A stretch of DNA of 64,000 nucleotides from Dethiobacteria bacterium (GCA_050948825.1 JBMNEO010000007.1:40019-104018); one strand, 5' to 3'. Positions 8,319 to 17,321 are shown, counted from the stretch's first letter. Numbers and translations are program-made. Notes: generated by a model from the sequence alone, not told the origin.

Positions 8319-8717
8319 ATGCACGAAGCAACTAGAGCGTATTACCAAAAATTAATAAAAACGGGGTTTGAACATATTGGAAAAATTGAAAATGCAGCTA
8401 TTTTCCTGGAAAATTTCGGAGAGGTCAGCCCTGTCTGTGGAAACCCTGACGATTTTTTATGTCTCTATATCCAGGTGGACGACAACCACATAACCGATAT
8501 CAAGTATCAATGTATCACTGATCCGATAACCAATGTATCATTAGAAATTCTTTGTATGCTGATGAAAGGGAAGACTTTGGACGAAGCCGCCCTTATAAAG
8601 GATGAGGCATTTCCTCAATTCCTGGGTTGCGAGGATGAAATGCTGCAGGAGAAAGCCAAGCTCTTGCTGGAATTACTTAACGAGGGAATCATTTGCTATA
8701 AAACGCAAAGGGCATAG
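8319..8717 (+). CDS. NifU/IscU-like Fe-S scaffold N-terminal domain protein
   Basis: Cys-containing motifs (SPVCGNPDD, CLY, CITDP) occur in a ~130-aa protein directly downstream of the desulfurase. The start was chosen at the ATG with an RBS. Confidence 0.55.
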   Translation: MHEATRAYYQKLIKTGFEHIGKIENAAIFLENFGEVSPVCGNPDDFLCLYIQVDDNHITDIKYQCITDPITNVSLEILCMLMKGKTLDEAALIKDEAFPQFLGCEDEMLQEKAKLLLELLNEGIICYKTQRA

Positions 8718-8897
8718 TTTCAATCAACTGCAGGATGCAATTTGTCGCCGTAGAGCAGAGCAATATCCGGCACAGGCACCGCACTCCATTCAATCATTAA
8801 GAGCGGTAATCTGTGCCTATAAGTTTTTTAGGGCCTTTCTGCAAGAACTAACGATATTTATTAATGCCACCAATTTAAAGGGATTTCCCAAAATGCT

Positions 8898-8997
8898 TGA
8901 AAATAATACCTTGATCTTTAATATATTAGGTGGTAATATATAGGTAGGTAATGTATTAGGGAAAAATGCATGAAAGGATATTTGATATAATGGACCA
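8898..8997. repeat. Copy B of the PadR promoter/operator module (functional copy upstream of padR)
   Basis: See copy A. Here the module runs directly into the padR start at 8966. Confidence 0.7.
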
Positions 8998-9352
8998 ATA
9001 CTTGGATAAAACATATTGGAACGGTTTAATTAAGATGAGTCTTTCCAGATTGTTTATTTTAAGAGTACTTTATGAAAAGCCGCTGCATGGTTACGAGATC
9101 TCCAAAAGGATTTCTTCCCTGACATATGGCTGCTGCGCTCCTACGGAAGGGGCCCTGTATCCTGTCTTACATGAATTTGAAAAGGGGGGGTATGTTACCC
9201 GCCATACAAAGACGGTAGGTGGTAGGACGAGAAAAGTATATACTATCACTCCAAAGGGAGAGGAAGCTTATAAGGTGGGATTGGAGGCCTGGCAGGAGAC
9301 TGCGCTGGCGCTATTGGAAGCCAAAAAAGAACTGGTTGAAAGCAGGGGATAA
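8966..9352 (+). CDS. PadR-family transcriptional regulator
   Basis: wHTH LFILRVLYEKPLHGYEISKRIS...GALYPVLHEFEKGGYV is the PadR signature. Confidence 0.8.
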   Translation: MHERIFDIMDQYLDKTYWNGLIKMSLSRLFILRVLYEKPLHGYEISKRISSLTYGCCAPTEGALYPVLHEFEKGGYVTRHTKTVGGRTRKVYTITPKGEEAYKVGLEAWQETALALLEAKKELVESRG

Positions 9353-9357
9353 ATGAT

Positions 9358-10269
9358 ATGTCGACAGTATTGCTAAATGCACTGCGTTATTTTATCATTT
9401 TAGTGGGGGAGCTGGCGTTACTTTTTGTGGGGATATCATTTCTTGTAGGCTTGCTCCAGGAATACATTCCTGCAGAAAAAATTGAGAGCGTCCTGGGCGG
9501 AAAGCGCCATCCGCTGGTCAATAATGTCCTGGGGGCGGGTTTCGGTGCACTTACGCCTTTTTGTTCATGCTCTACTATCCCTATAGTACTGGGTTTGCTC
9601 AATGCCGGGGCACAATTTGGAGCAGTAATGTCTTTTTTGATTGCTTCTCCTCTTCTTAATCCTGTTATCTTAAGTTTGCTGGCACTTCTTCTTGGCATGA
9701 AAACCACCGTCATCTATTTTGCCATTGTCTTTCCAGCGGCAGTTTTGATCGGAGATATCTGGCAAAGGCTGGGCCTTGCCTCCGAGGTCAAGGATGTCAT
9801 GATAAAACAAAATTGCTGCAGTTCAGAGGCGGCAATAAGTGCCCAGGGTGCTCAAAAGTATTATAAGATAATCAGCGCTTTTTGGAGCGCATGGTCTCTT
9901 TTTAAACAAATGCTGCCGTGGCTTATAGTGGGGGCCGGGATAGGAGCGTTTATTTATGGCTTTATTCCAGAAGACTTTATCGTAAAAATTGCAGGGCCTA
10001 ATAACCCAATCGCCATTCCTGTTGCAGCTCTTATCGGCATTCCCATGTATATTCGAACGGAGACTATGCTGCCAATAAGCAATGTTCTGCTTTCAAAAGG
10101 TATGGGTATAGGCGCTGTGATGGCCCTTATTATCGGGGGATCGGGAGCCAGTATTCCAGAAATATCGCTCCTGGCAGCTATCTTTAAAAGAAAACTGGTT
10201 ATTACATTTGTGTTGACAGTATTCATAGTAGCATCCCTTGCCGGAATACTGTTCTCACTATTAGTTTAA
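9358..10269 (+). CDS. arsP: ArsP-type organoarsenical efflux permease (COG0701)
   Basis: It carries the diagnostic TPFCSCSTIP motif of ArsP within a polytopic membrane protein. Located upstream of arsM. Confidence 0.75.
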   Translation: MSTVLLNALRYFIILVGELALLFVGISFLVGLLQEYIPAEKIESVLGGKRHPLVNNVLGAGFGALTPFCSCSTIPIVLGLLNAGAQFGAVMSFLIASPLLNPVILSLLALLLGMKTTVIYFAIVFPAAVLIGDIWQRLGLASEVKDVMIKQNCCSSEAAISAQGAQKYYKIISAFWSAWSLFKQMLPWLIVGAGIGAFIYGFIPEDFIVKIAGPNNPIAIPVAALIGIPMYIRTETMLPISNVLLSKGMGIGAVMALIIGGSGASIPEISLLAAIFKRKLVITFVLTVFIVASLAGILFSLLV

Positions 10270-10291
10270 AAACATTTACAGGGAGGTAAAA

Positions 10292-10453
10292 ATGATGTTG
10301 AAAAAATTATTTGAAACACTGAAAATGAAGGGCTCAGGAGGAGGATGTTGTAATATTGAAATTGTCCCCAAAGACACCGAGGAAGGAAAATCCACAGAAG
10401 CAGATCAGCATGAAAATCAAATAAAAAAAAACAATAATTGCTGCGGACAATAA
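10292..10453 (+). CDS. Small protein (53 aa) with two vicinal Cys pairs (GGGCC...NNCCGQ)
   Basis: Below the ORF-track size cutoff. RBS GGGAGG lies 5 nt upstream of the ATG. It sits between arsP and arsM. Confidence 0.5.
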   Translation: MMLKKLFETLKMKGSGGGCCNIEIVPKDTEEGKSTEADQHENQIKKNNNCCGQ

Positions 10454-10480
10454 ATTCCCAGTTTCCATAAGGGGGGAGAG

Positions 10481-10738
10481 ATGAATATGGCCAATTGTTG
10501 TGATCCAAATGCACCCAGGATATATAACCTAAACATTGGCGGTATGAGGATAGGGTTAGCAGGTTTAGAGCAGGCTTTTCTGGATGTTAGGGACCTTAAC
10601 CTGGATGATAAAGAAGTTACCGAAAAACTGTTGGAAATTGTGCAGCGGAGAAATTATATTCCCGAAAGTGCGGAAAGAGAATACAAGAATGCTATGCTTG
10701 CGGAATACAAAAAGTATATAACTAAATTCAGGCAATGA
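10481..10738 (+). CDS. Hypothetical protein with N-terminal vicinal cysteines (MNMANCCDP)
   Basis: 85 aa with a purine-rich RBS upstream. In the arsP-arsM operon context. Confidence 0.5.
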   Translation: MNMANCCDPNAPRIYNLNIGGMRIGLAGLEQAFLDVRDLNLDDKEVTEKLLEIVQRRNYIPESAEREYKNAMLAEYKKYITKFRQ

Positions 10739-10824
10739 AAAGAAGAATGTGTTTGCAGAGGCTATAAACATAAAATTTCCTTTTATTGTGGGAGTTATTT
10801 AAATTAACAGGGAGTGTTATCTAG

Positions 10825-11610
10825 TTGAGCAGTGAAGAAGATATTAGAGATTTTATAAGAAAAAACTATGCCGAAGTGGCGCAGAAAGGTAATGAAGGAG
10901 GCTGCTGCAGTGGTGGCTGCTGCACCGGTGCTCCGATTAATATTATTCAAATATCCAAAGAGATCGGTTATACCGATGAGGATATTTTAAGCGTACCGCT
11001 TGAAGCCAACATGGGATTGGGATGTGGGAATCCCACAGCTTTGGCATCCCTGAAGAAGGGAGAAAGGGTCCTTGACCTGGGAAGCGGAGGGGGTCTTGAT
11101 TGTTTCCTTGCCAGAAAGAAGGTGGGCGAAACCGGGTATGTAATAGGGGTTGATATGACACCTGATATGGTTAAACTGGCAAGGAAAAACGCTAAAGATA
11201 GCGGGGTTACCAATGTAGAATTCAGATTGGGAGATATTGAACATCTTCCTGTTGCGGATAGTTCGGTGGATGTAATCATCTCAAATTGCGTAATCAACCT
11301 CTCCCTGGACAAAAAACAGGTATTTAAAGAAGCTTTCAGAGTGCTTAAGCCTGGCGGGAGGTTATCTATTTCGGATGTTGTTGCAACGAAGCAAATACCT
11401 CAAAACATTAAACAGGATCTGGGACTGATTGCTGCCTGTGTCGGTGGAGCCGAATATGTTGAAAAGATTAGAGAAATGTTGCAGGATGCGGGCTTCAGGA
11501 ATATCCGGATGGAACCCAAAGCTAACAGCAGGGAGATTGTAAAATCATGGGCACCGGGTAAAAATATTGAAGATCTGGTTGCTTCTTATAATATTGAAGC
11601 TGTTAAGTAA
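10825..11610 (+). CDS. arsM: Arsenite S-adenosylmethionine methyltransferase
   Basis: SAM-MTase motifs (VLDLGSGGG, DVIISNCVINL) plus conserved cysteines (CC..GCC N-terminal, GLGCGNP) are typical of ArsM/AS3MT. Confidence 0.82.
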   Translation: MSSEEDIRDFIRKNYAEVAQKGNEGGCCSGGCCTGAPINIIQISKEIGYTDEDILSVPLEANMGLGCGNPTALASLKKGERVLDLGSGGGLDCFLARKKVGETGYVIGVDMTPDMVKLARKNAKDSGVTNVEFRLGDIEHLPVADSSVDVIISNCVINLSLDKKQVFKEAFRVLKPGGRLSISDVVATKQIPQNIKQDLGLIAACVGGAEYVEKIREMLQDAGFRNIRMEPKANSREIVKSWAPGKNIEDLVASYNIEAVK

Positions 11611-11623
11611 ACGCAAAATAAAT

Positions 11624-11677
11624 AAAAACCTTATTTCATTAGGCCTCCTTTGAATGAAGGGGGCCTTTAGGTTTTTT
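11624..11677 (+). terminator. Rho-independent terminator after arsM
   Basis: AAAAACCT...GGCCTCCTTTGAATGAAGGGGGCC...AGGTTTTTT forms a nested hairpin followed by a T-run. Confidence 0.6.
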
Positions 11678-11868
11678 GCAGATTTGGAGGCAGTATATAC
11701 TCAATCCGCGGAAAATTGCAAAGAAATGCGCGCATCTTTAGTATAAATAAAATACTCTTATTTTTAATTTGCAGCAGGAGAATCCTTTATTGTTATAGTA
11801 TTAGATAAACCTGATAATTAATTGTCGCGTTTTTTGCATTATACAAATAATAAAGGAGGATAACAACT

Positions 11869-13476
11869 ATGCACGGAGTGCAACAAGAGTTTTTCAACGC
11901 GGCGGATTATTTCGTGGATCGGAATATCAGACAGGGACGCGGGCATAAGATTGCCGTCTATACTGAATATCGTAACTATACATATAATGATATTCAAAAA
12001 ATGACCAACAAAACGGCCAATTCCTTCCGCGAACTGGGGCTGGGGATCGATGATAAAATCATGATTTTAATGCTCGATGTCCCGCAGTTTTATTCTGTCT
12101 TCTGGGGAGCGGTAAAAATAGGAGCTATTCCTATTCCCGTAAATACGATGCTTACACCTGATGACTATGAATATTACCTGAATGACAGCCGGGCAAAAGC
12201 GATAGTTGTATCCGAGCCGTTGCTTGACAAGGTTCAGAATATCAAAGGCGATCTGCTTTACCTGCGGGATTTAATCGTTATCTCGGAAACAAGCGGCGCG
12301 CATATTCCTTTCAAACAAAAATACAGGCTTGCTCCAACTACCCTGAAAACAGCCTATACGACCAGGGATGATGTAGGTTTCTGGCTTTATAGTTCCGGTT
12401 CCACGGGTGCTCCCAAGGGAGCCATTCACTCTCAGTACAATATGGTTGTTGTCTCCGACGCCTTCGGTAAAAAAGTGCTTGGCCTGACCGAAGACGATAT
12501 TTGTTATTCAGCTGCGAGGCTGTTTTTTGCATACGGGCTTGGAAACGGGATGTTTTTGCCCATGTCGGTAGGGGGTTCTGCAGTTTTGAACTCCAGCGCG
12601 CCTACTCCGGAGAATGTATTCAGGCACCTGGAGCGCTTTCGTCCGACAGTTTTTTTTGGTGTTCCCACGCTCTACGGCCAGATGCTTGAGTATAAGGAAC
12701 GCATGGAGAAGAAAGGAAATATTAAAGAGAATCCCAATGGTAATCACGAATTATCGTCCGTTCGGATTTGTTTTTCTGCGGGGGAGGCGCTTCCCGTAGA
12801 TATCTTTTATCGCTGGAAAGAACGTTTTGGAATTGAGATACTGGACGGAATCGGCTCTACAGAGATGCTGCATATCTTCCTTTGCAACCAGCCGGGCGAT
12901 GTCAGGCCGGGTTCTACTGGAAAACCAGTCCCGGGATATGAGCTAAAAATAGTTGATGATACTGGACAGGAAGTCCCTCAAGGTGAGATCGGGACGCTGA
13001 TGGTAAAAGGAAACAGCGATGCCCAGCAATACTGGCGCAAGCGTGAAAAAACCAAGACAACAATGCAGGGCCAGTGGTTAAATACCGGAGATAAATATTA
13101 CATTGATAAGGATGGCTATTACTGGTGCGGAGGCAGAGCGGACGATATGATTAAGGCCGGGGGGATCTGGGTGTCTCCGGTGGAGGTGGAGAACTGCCTT
13201 AACCAGCATCCCGCTGTTAAGGAGTGCGCGGTAATCAGTTTTCCTGATAATAAGGGCTTGCTCAAGCCTAAAGCTTATGTTGTACTCAGGGACGGGTATG
13301 AAGACTCAGAAGAGTTGAAAGAGGAGCTGAAGAAATGGGCACTGGACAGGCTGGCCAAATTTAAATATCCGCGCTGGATAGAAATAGTAGCCGGGCTGCC
13401 TAAAAGCGCAACGGGAAAGATTCAGCGTTTTAAACTGCGTGAAAAAAACGAAGCTATAGCGGACGCCGGGGTTTAA
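11869..13476 (+). CDS. Benzoate-CoA ligase family aryl-CoA ligase (AMP-binding)
   Basis: 535 aa. The N-terminus NAADYFVDRN..GRGHKIA and the AMP-binding motifs YSSGSTGAPKG and GDKYYID are characteristic of benzoate/4-hydroxybenzoate-CoA ligases. Confidence 0.75.
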   Translation: MHGVQQEFFNAADYFVDRNIRQGRGHKIAVYTEYRNYTYNDIQKMTNKTANSFRELGLGIDDKIMILMLDVPQFYSVFWGAVKIGAIPIPVNTMLTPDDYEYYLNDSRAKAIVVSEPLLDKVQNIKGDLLYLRDLIVISETSGAHIPFKQKYRLAPTTLKTAYTTRDDVGFWLYSSGSTGAPKGAIHSQYNMVVVSDAFGKKVLGLTEDDICYSAARLFFAYGLGNGMFLPMSVGGSAVLNSSAPTPENVFRHLERFRPTVFFGVPTLYGQMLEYKERMEKKGNIKENPNGNHELSSVRICFSAGEALPVDIFYRWKERFGIEILDGIGSTEMLHIFLCNQPGDVRPGSTGKPVPGYELKIVDDTGQEVPQGEIGTLMVKGNSDAQQYWRKREKTKTTMQGQWLNTGDKYYIDKDGYYWCGGRADDMIKAGGIWVSPVEVENCLNQHPAVKECAVISFPDNKGLLKPKAYVVLRDGYEDSEELKEELKKWALDRLAKFKYPRWIEIVAGLPKSATGKIQRFKLREKNEAIADAGV

Positions 13477-13717
13477 TCGTTTTCTTTGATAAAGAAAAAA
13501 TTCCGGGAGGGAAATAGAAAAGTTCAATAATATTGTCTGCCCCGCTAATAGAAAAAGGTGAGGAATAGGAATACTCTATAGTAGTGGTATTTACTATAGA
13601 GTATTCCTATTTTCAGAAAGGGCTGCAGTTGATATAATTAATATGACGGGAATCAGAGTGAATCGGGAGTACTATAATCAGGAATAGTAAAATAAATCAT
13701 TTATTTTGAGGTGCATT

Positions 13718-13990
13718 GTGACGAAGAAATGCTATTTTTCTTTTCCTACTACACATCAGGCCATCAAGGCTGAGAGAGTGCTGGCCCCAAAAAACTATCA
13801 GTATAAAATGGTTCCGGTACCCCGGAGTATAAGTTCCAGTTGCGGTATAGCACTTTGTTGCCCTCCCGGGGATGCCCGGATAATTAGAAATTATTTGGAG
13901 GAATGTTCTGTTGACATTGAGGGGTGTTTTGAACTGGAGGAAAGAATTCCTACAAATCCATTATCTTCTTTACGAATAAGGAGAGATTGA
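13718..13990 (+). CDS. DUF3343 small protein (putative Se/S carrier-like)
   Basis: CYFSFPTTHQAIKAERVL..PVPRSISSSCGIAL matches the DUF3343 consensus. GTG start chosen (the ORF track's TTG is at 13706). Confidence 0.6.
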   Translation: MTKKCYFSFPTTHQAIKAERVLAPKNYQYKMVPVPRSISSSCGIALCCPPGDARIIRNYLEECSVDIEGCFELEERIPTNPLSSLRIRRD

Positions 13991-13995
13991 AAGGG

Positions 13996-15153
13996 ATGGA
14001 AAAGAAGATTATATATTTTGATAATGCCGCTACATCCTGGCCGAAACCGGATGATGTTTATAGAGCTGCTGAGAATTACCTGCGCAACGGCGGCGCCAAT
14101 CCAGGCCGTTCCGGCCATACACGATCGATCGATGCCGATCGTCTGGTATTTGAAACCAGGGAAAGGGCGGCTTCCGTCCTCGGGGCGGGCGAGCCCGAGG
14201 AGATTGTCTTTACCTTTAATGCCACTGACTCCCTTAATATGGCGATAAAGGGAGTTCTGGAGCCGGGAGACCATGTTATTTACACCTCCCTTGAACATAA
14301 CTCTGTTCTCAGACCCCTGGGCTCCCTCAGGAGAAACGGTACAATCACCACCACAATGATTTCCTGTGATCCGTCAGGTAATATAGATCTTCAAGATATT
14401 GAAAAAGCCATTCTGCCCAGTACCAGGTTGATTGTATGCACTCATGCTTCTAATGTTATCGGGACCGTTTTGCCTGTAAAGGAGATCAGCAATCTGGCAC
14501 GGAAAAACGGTGTTTTCTTTCTCCTGGATGCGGCACAAACCGCGGGTTCTATCCCTATCAACCTTCAGGAGATAAAACCTCACCTGGCGGCTTTTACCGG
14601 ACATAAAGGTTTAATGGGCCCGCCTGGGGTGGGCCTGCTTTATATTCGTAATGGGGTAAGGATCAAACCCTGGCGTGAAGGGGGGACAGGCAGCAGATCG
14701 GAAGAAGAACAGCAGCCGGAGATGATGCCGGATTACCTGGAGGCCGGTACCATGAATACCCCTGGTATCGCCGGGCTCAACGAGGGGCTGAAGTATATTG
14801 AAAAAACAGGAATCCCTGCCATTTCCGGGCATGAATTTATTCTGGCTGGTAAGCTGCGCGAGGGTTTAAAGGAAATAAGAAGGGTTAAACTCTTTGAACC
14901 GGGAACGGAGCATCACCCAGTAGCTGTAGTCTCGTTCATTGTCGAAGGAATTGATAGCGGCGAGCTTGGCTATGTCCTGGAGCAGGCTTACGGGATATTA
15001 TGTCGAACAGGCCTGCACTGCGCGCCCTGTGCCCACCGCACGATCGGAACTTTTCCCCAGGGAACAGTACGTTTCAGCTTGGGCTATTTCAATCGGGAAG
15101 AGCAAGTTGATTATGCTTTAAAGGCAATCAGGGAAATTGTTTCCCGCTTTTAG
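13996..15153 (+). CDS. Cysteine desulfurase / selenocysteine-lyase-like class V aminotransferase
   Basis: IYFDNAATSWPKP opens the protein, and SxHK (FTGHKGLMGPPGVGLLY) supplies the PLP lysine. 386 aa. Confidence 0.8.
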   Translation: MEKKIIYFDNAATSWPKPDDVYRAAENYLRNGGANPGRSGHTRSIDADRLVFETRERAASVLGAGEPEEIVFTFNATDSLNMAIKGVLEPGDHVIYTSLEHNSVLRPLGSLRRNGTITTTMISCDPSGNIDLQDIEKAILPSTRLIVCTHASNVIGTVLPVKEISNLARKNGVFFLLDAAQTAGSIPINLQEIKPHLAAFTGHKGLMGPPGVGLLYIRNGVRIKPWREGGTGSRSEEEQQPEMMPDYLEAGTMNTPGIAGLNEGLKYIEKTGIPAISGHEFILAGKLREGLKEIRRVKLFEPGTEHHPVAVVSFIVEGIDSGELGYVLEQAYGILCRTGLHCAPCAHRTIGTFPQGTVRFSLGYFNREEQVDYALKAIREIVSRF

Positions 15154-15180
15154 ATATCGGATTATTATAGCCAAACCTTA

Positions 15181-15262
15181 CGCGGGGTGCGACAGCGAGA
15201 ACCGTCCCCGCTGTCGCATACCGTCGACAGCGAGAACGGCTTCATCGCTGTCGCACTTTTCA
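15181..15262 (+). terminator. Tandem hairpins with identical stems (CGACAGCG/CGCTGTCG); second followed by T-run
   Basis: Hairpin 1 pairs 15188-15197 with 15209-15218, alongside an alternative GCGGGG/CCCCGC stem. Hairpin 2 pairs 15223-15232 with 15246-15256 and is followed by TTTT. Confidence 0.55.
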
Positions 15263-15286
15263 AACTAACCAAAGGGGGAATTTTAA

Positions 15287-15943
15287 TTGGAGCATAAAGA
15301 AATTGATAACAGGGGGTTGTCCTGTCCTCAACCAGTGATCAATACAAAAAAAGCGCTGGACGAATTGCGTCAAGGAGGTTATGAAGATTTTACCCTTACA
15401 GTTATCGTTGATAATGAAGCTGCCAGGGAAAACGTTTCCCGTTTTGCAAAGGCAGCGGGGTGCAGGGTTTCTGTCCGTGAGAGGGGCGGAGACTTCTTTG
15501 TTATCATTCAAAGTACTGAAAAAGAGGATGCCGGCGGCAGCAATGCAGGGGAAAGCCAACCAGATCCGGGAGAACCTTGCTGCTGTGCAGGCGAACCGGT
15601 AGAAGGCGGCTATACAGTTTTCCTTATTACATCTTCAACCCTTGGCCAGGGCAGCGAGGAGCTGGGTAAATTATTGATGCGCAGTTTTATTTATACCCTT
15701 AAAGAAACTAAAATTTTGCCGTGCAAAATGCTTTTTCTTAACAGCGGCGTGTTTTTAACTACAGAAGGGAGTCCCGTTTTGGATGAGCTGACACAGATGG
15801 CGGAAATGGGAGTTGAAGTATTTTCCTGCGGCACCTGCCTAGATTATTACGGGCTTAAAGATAAATTAAAAGTAGGTTATGTTACCAACATGTACGATAC
15901 GGTGGGAAACATACGTTCTGCCTTCAAATGCATCACTCTTTAA
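15287..15943 (+). CDS. TusA-like (CPxP) + DsrE/DsrF-like two-domain protein (YedF-type selenium/sulfur metabolism protein)
   Basis: The N-terminal GLSCPQPV motif is the TusA/SirA signature. The C-terminal ~120 aa carry conserved Cys and resemble the DsrE fold. Confidence 0.65.
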   Translation: MEHKEIDNRGLSCPQPVINTKKALDELRQGGYEDFTLTVIVDNEAARENVSRFAKAAGCRVSVRERGGDFFVIIQSTEKEDAGGSNAGESQPDPGEPCCCAGEPVEGGYTVFLITSSTLGQGSEELGKLLMRSFIYTLKETKILPCKMLFLNSGVFLTTEGSPVLDELTQMAEMGVEVFSCGTCLDYYGLKDKLKVGYVTNMYDTVGNIRSAFKCITL

Positions 15944-16021
15944 TCAGCAATTAATATAGCATGATCACCGTAGTATTTTGATACAACAAGAGGGTTATAG
16001 AAATTTTTATAGAAATAATAA

Positions 16022-16052
16022 CAAAGCGGCCTAAAAAAGCCGCTTTTAAAAA
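16022..16052 (+). terminator. Rho-independent terminator after the yedF-like gene
   Basis: AAAGCGGC-CTAAAAAA-GCCGCTTTT. Confidence 0.6.
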
Positions 16053-16189
16053 TAACTGTTAAATTATATTTTTAGTTGCCGCAAAAAAAAGCCTGGATAG
16101 GATCATTTTCAGGAGATGCTAAAAATATCAAGTAATATTCCATGAAATATACCATCAGAAACTACCTAAAATTACCTGCAGAGTAGTTA

Positions 16190-16662
16190 TTATGCGTTTG
16201 TCAGGGGCGGGATAACAATAAACTGCCCTGTGAAAATAATATCGGGATCGGTTATCTGTGGATTGGCAGCAATTAATTCATCGAGATCGATTCCAAATTG
16301 TTGGGCAATGCCAAATAAGGTATCCCCTGGCTGCACAATATAGACGGAACCTCCGGAAGGGGGCGGGGGAAGTTCGTCTTCAACGGGAATAAGGATAACT
16401 TGCCCTGGAAATATCAAGTCCGGGTTCTCAATTTCCGGATTGGCGTCGATAAGATCATTAAGGTTTACTCCGAATTGTTGTGCAATAAGGGAGAGAGTAT
16501 CGCCGGGCTGAACAACATAGTTAAAGCCCGGGGGAGGTATGGGTGGTGTAGCAGGCCCTGCGGGGATCGTTATAAACTGTCGTCTAAGATATCTTCAACA
16601 GTAACCCCGAAACGCATAGCAATAAGGAACAGTGTATCGCCGGGTTGAATAACGTAGACCAT
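16190..16662 (-). pseudogene. LysM-repeat protein (3 repeats) with internal deletion/frameshift in repeat 1
   Basis: ATG at 16662 with an RBS gives MVYVIQPGDTLFLIAMRFGVTVEDIL, then a stop. The remaining two-and-a-half LysM repeats (..YVVQPGDTLSLIAQQFGVNLNDLIDANP.., ..YIVQPGDTLFGIAQQFGIDLDELIAANP..) continue in another frame. Confidence 0.55.
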
Positions 16663-16766
16663 TTTCCTCACTTCTTTCTTATGGGTCTTTATTTATATAT
16701 TATTCGTCTTAAAATGGTTAGTTACATTTTATAAATATCAAAGCAAGGATAAAAGGGTGAGCTGAT

Positions 16767-17228
16767 TTGGATTATAATAAAAAGATGAAAAAGTATATAC
16801 ATGAGAATGGCCTGGAAGCCCAACACCTGGAATTTAGCGAATCCTGCCATACAGTTGAAGATGCTGTAAAGGCAGTGAATGGCTCGGTAAATGAGTTTGT
16901 AAAAAATATTTGCATGACCGGTGAAAATGGCCAATTTTTTGTTGCAATAGTCAAAGGGGAAGACAGGGCAAGTACATCAAGGGTAGGTAAAGCTTTGAAC
17001 ATACCACGCCCACGTTTGGCTAATGAAGAAGAAATATTGAAAGTTACGGGGTATCCAGCAGGGGGTGTTCCGTCATTTGGATTTGATGCAGTCTTCCTGA
17101 TTGACCCCAAAGTTTTGGAACTAACAAATGTATATACGGGCGGTGGTTCCCCAAATTCATTAATAAAAATTAGTGTTACAGAATTATTAAAGGCTAATAA
17201 AGGGACAGTAGTACGAATTAGGAAGTAA
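16767..17228 (+). CDS. YbaK/ProX-family aminoacyl-tRNA deacylase
   Basis: 153 aa. The motif GYPAGGVPSFGF matches the YbaK domain. Confidence 0.7.
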   Translation: MDYNKKMKKYIHENGLEAQHLEFSESCHTVEDAVKAVNGSVNEFVKNICMTGENGQFFVAIVKGEDRASTSRVGKALNIPRPRLANEEEILKVTGYPAGGVPSFGFDAVFLIDPKVLELTNVYTGGGSPNSLIKISVTELLKANKGTVVRIRK

Positions 17229-17321
17229 TTTTTTGTAAAAAGGAATGTGGGGGTATTCTTTTTTTATCCCGCAGTTTTCTTTTATCCGATTCATTCGGCC
17301 GGTTTTTCGGTAGAAAAAAAG

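Noticed and set aside
8602-8943. ORF 8602..8943(+) downstream of the NifU-like gene
   Set aside because: It overlaps the NifU-like gene out of frame and runs through the repeat module. It has no RBS or motifs.
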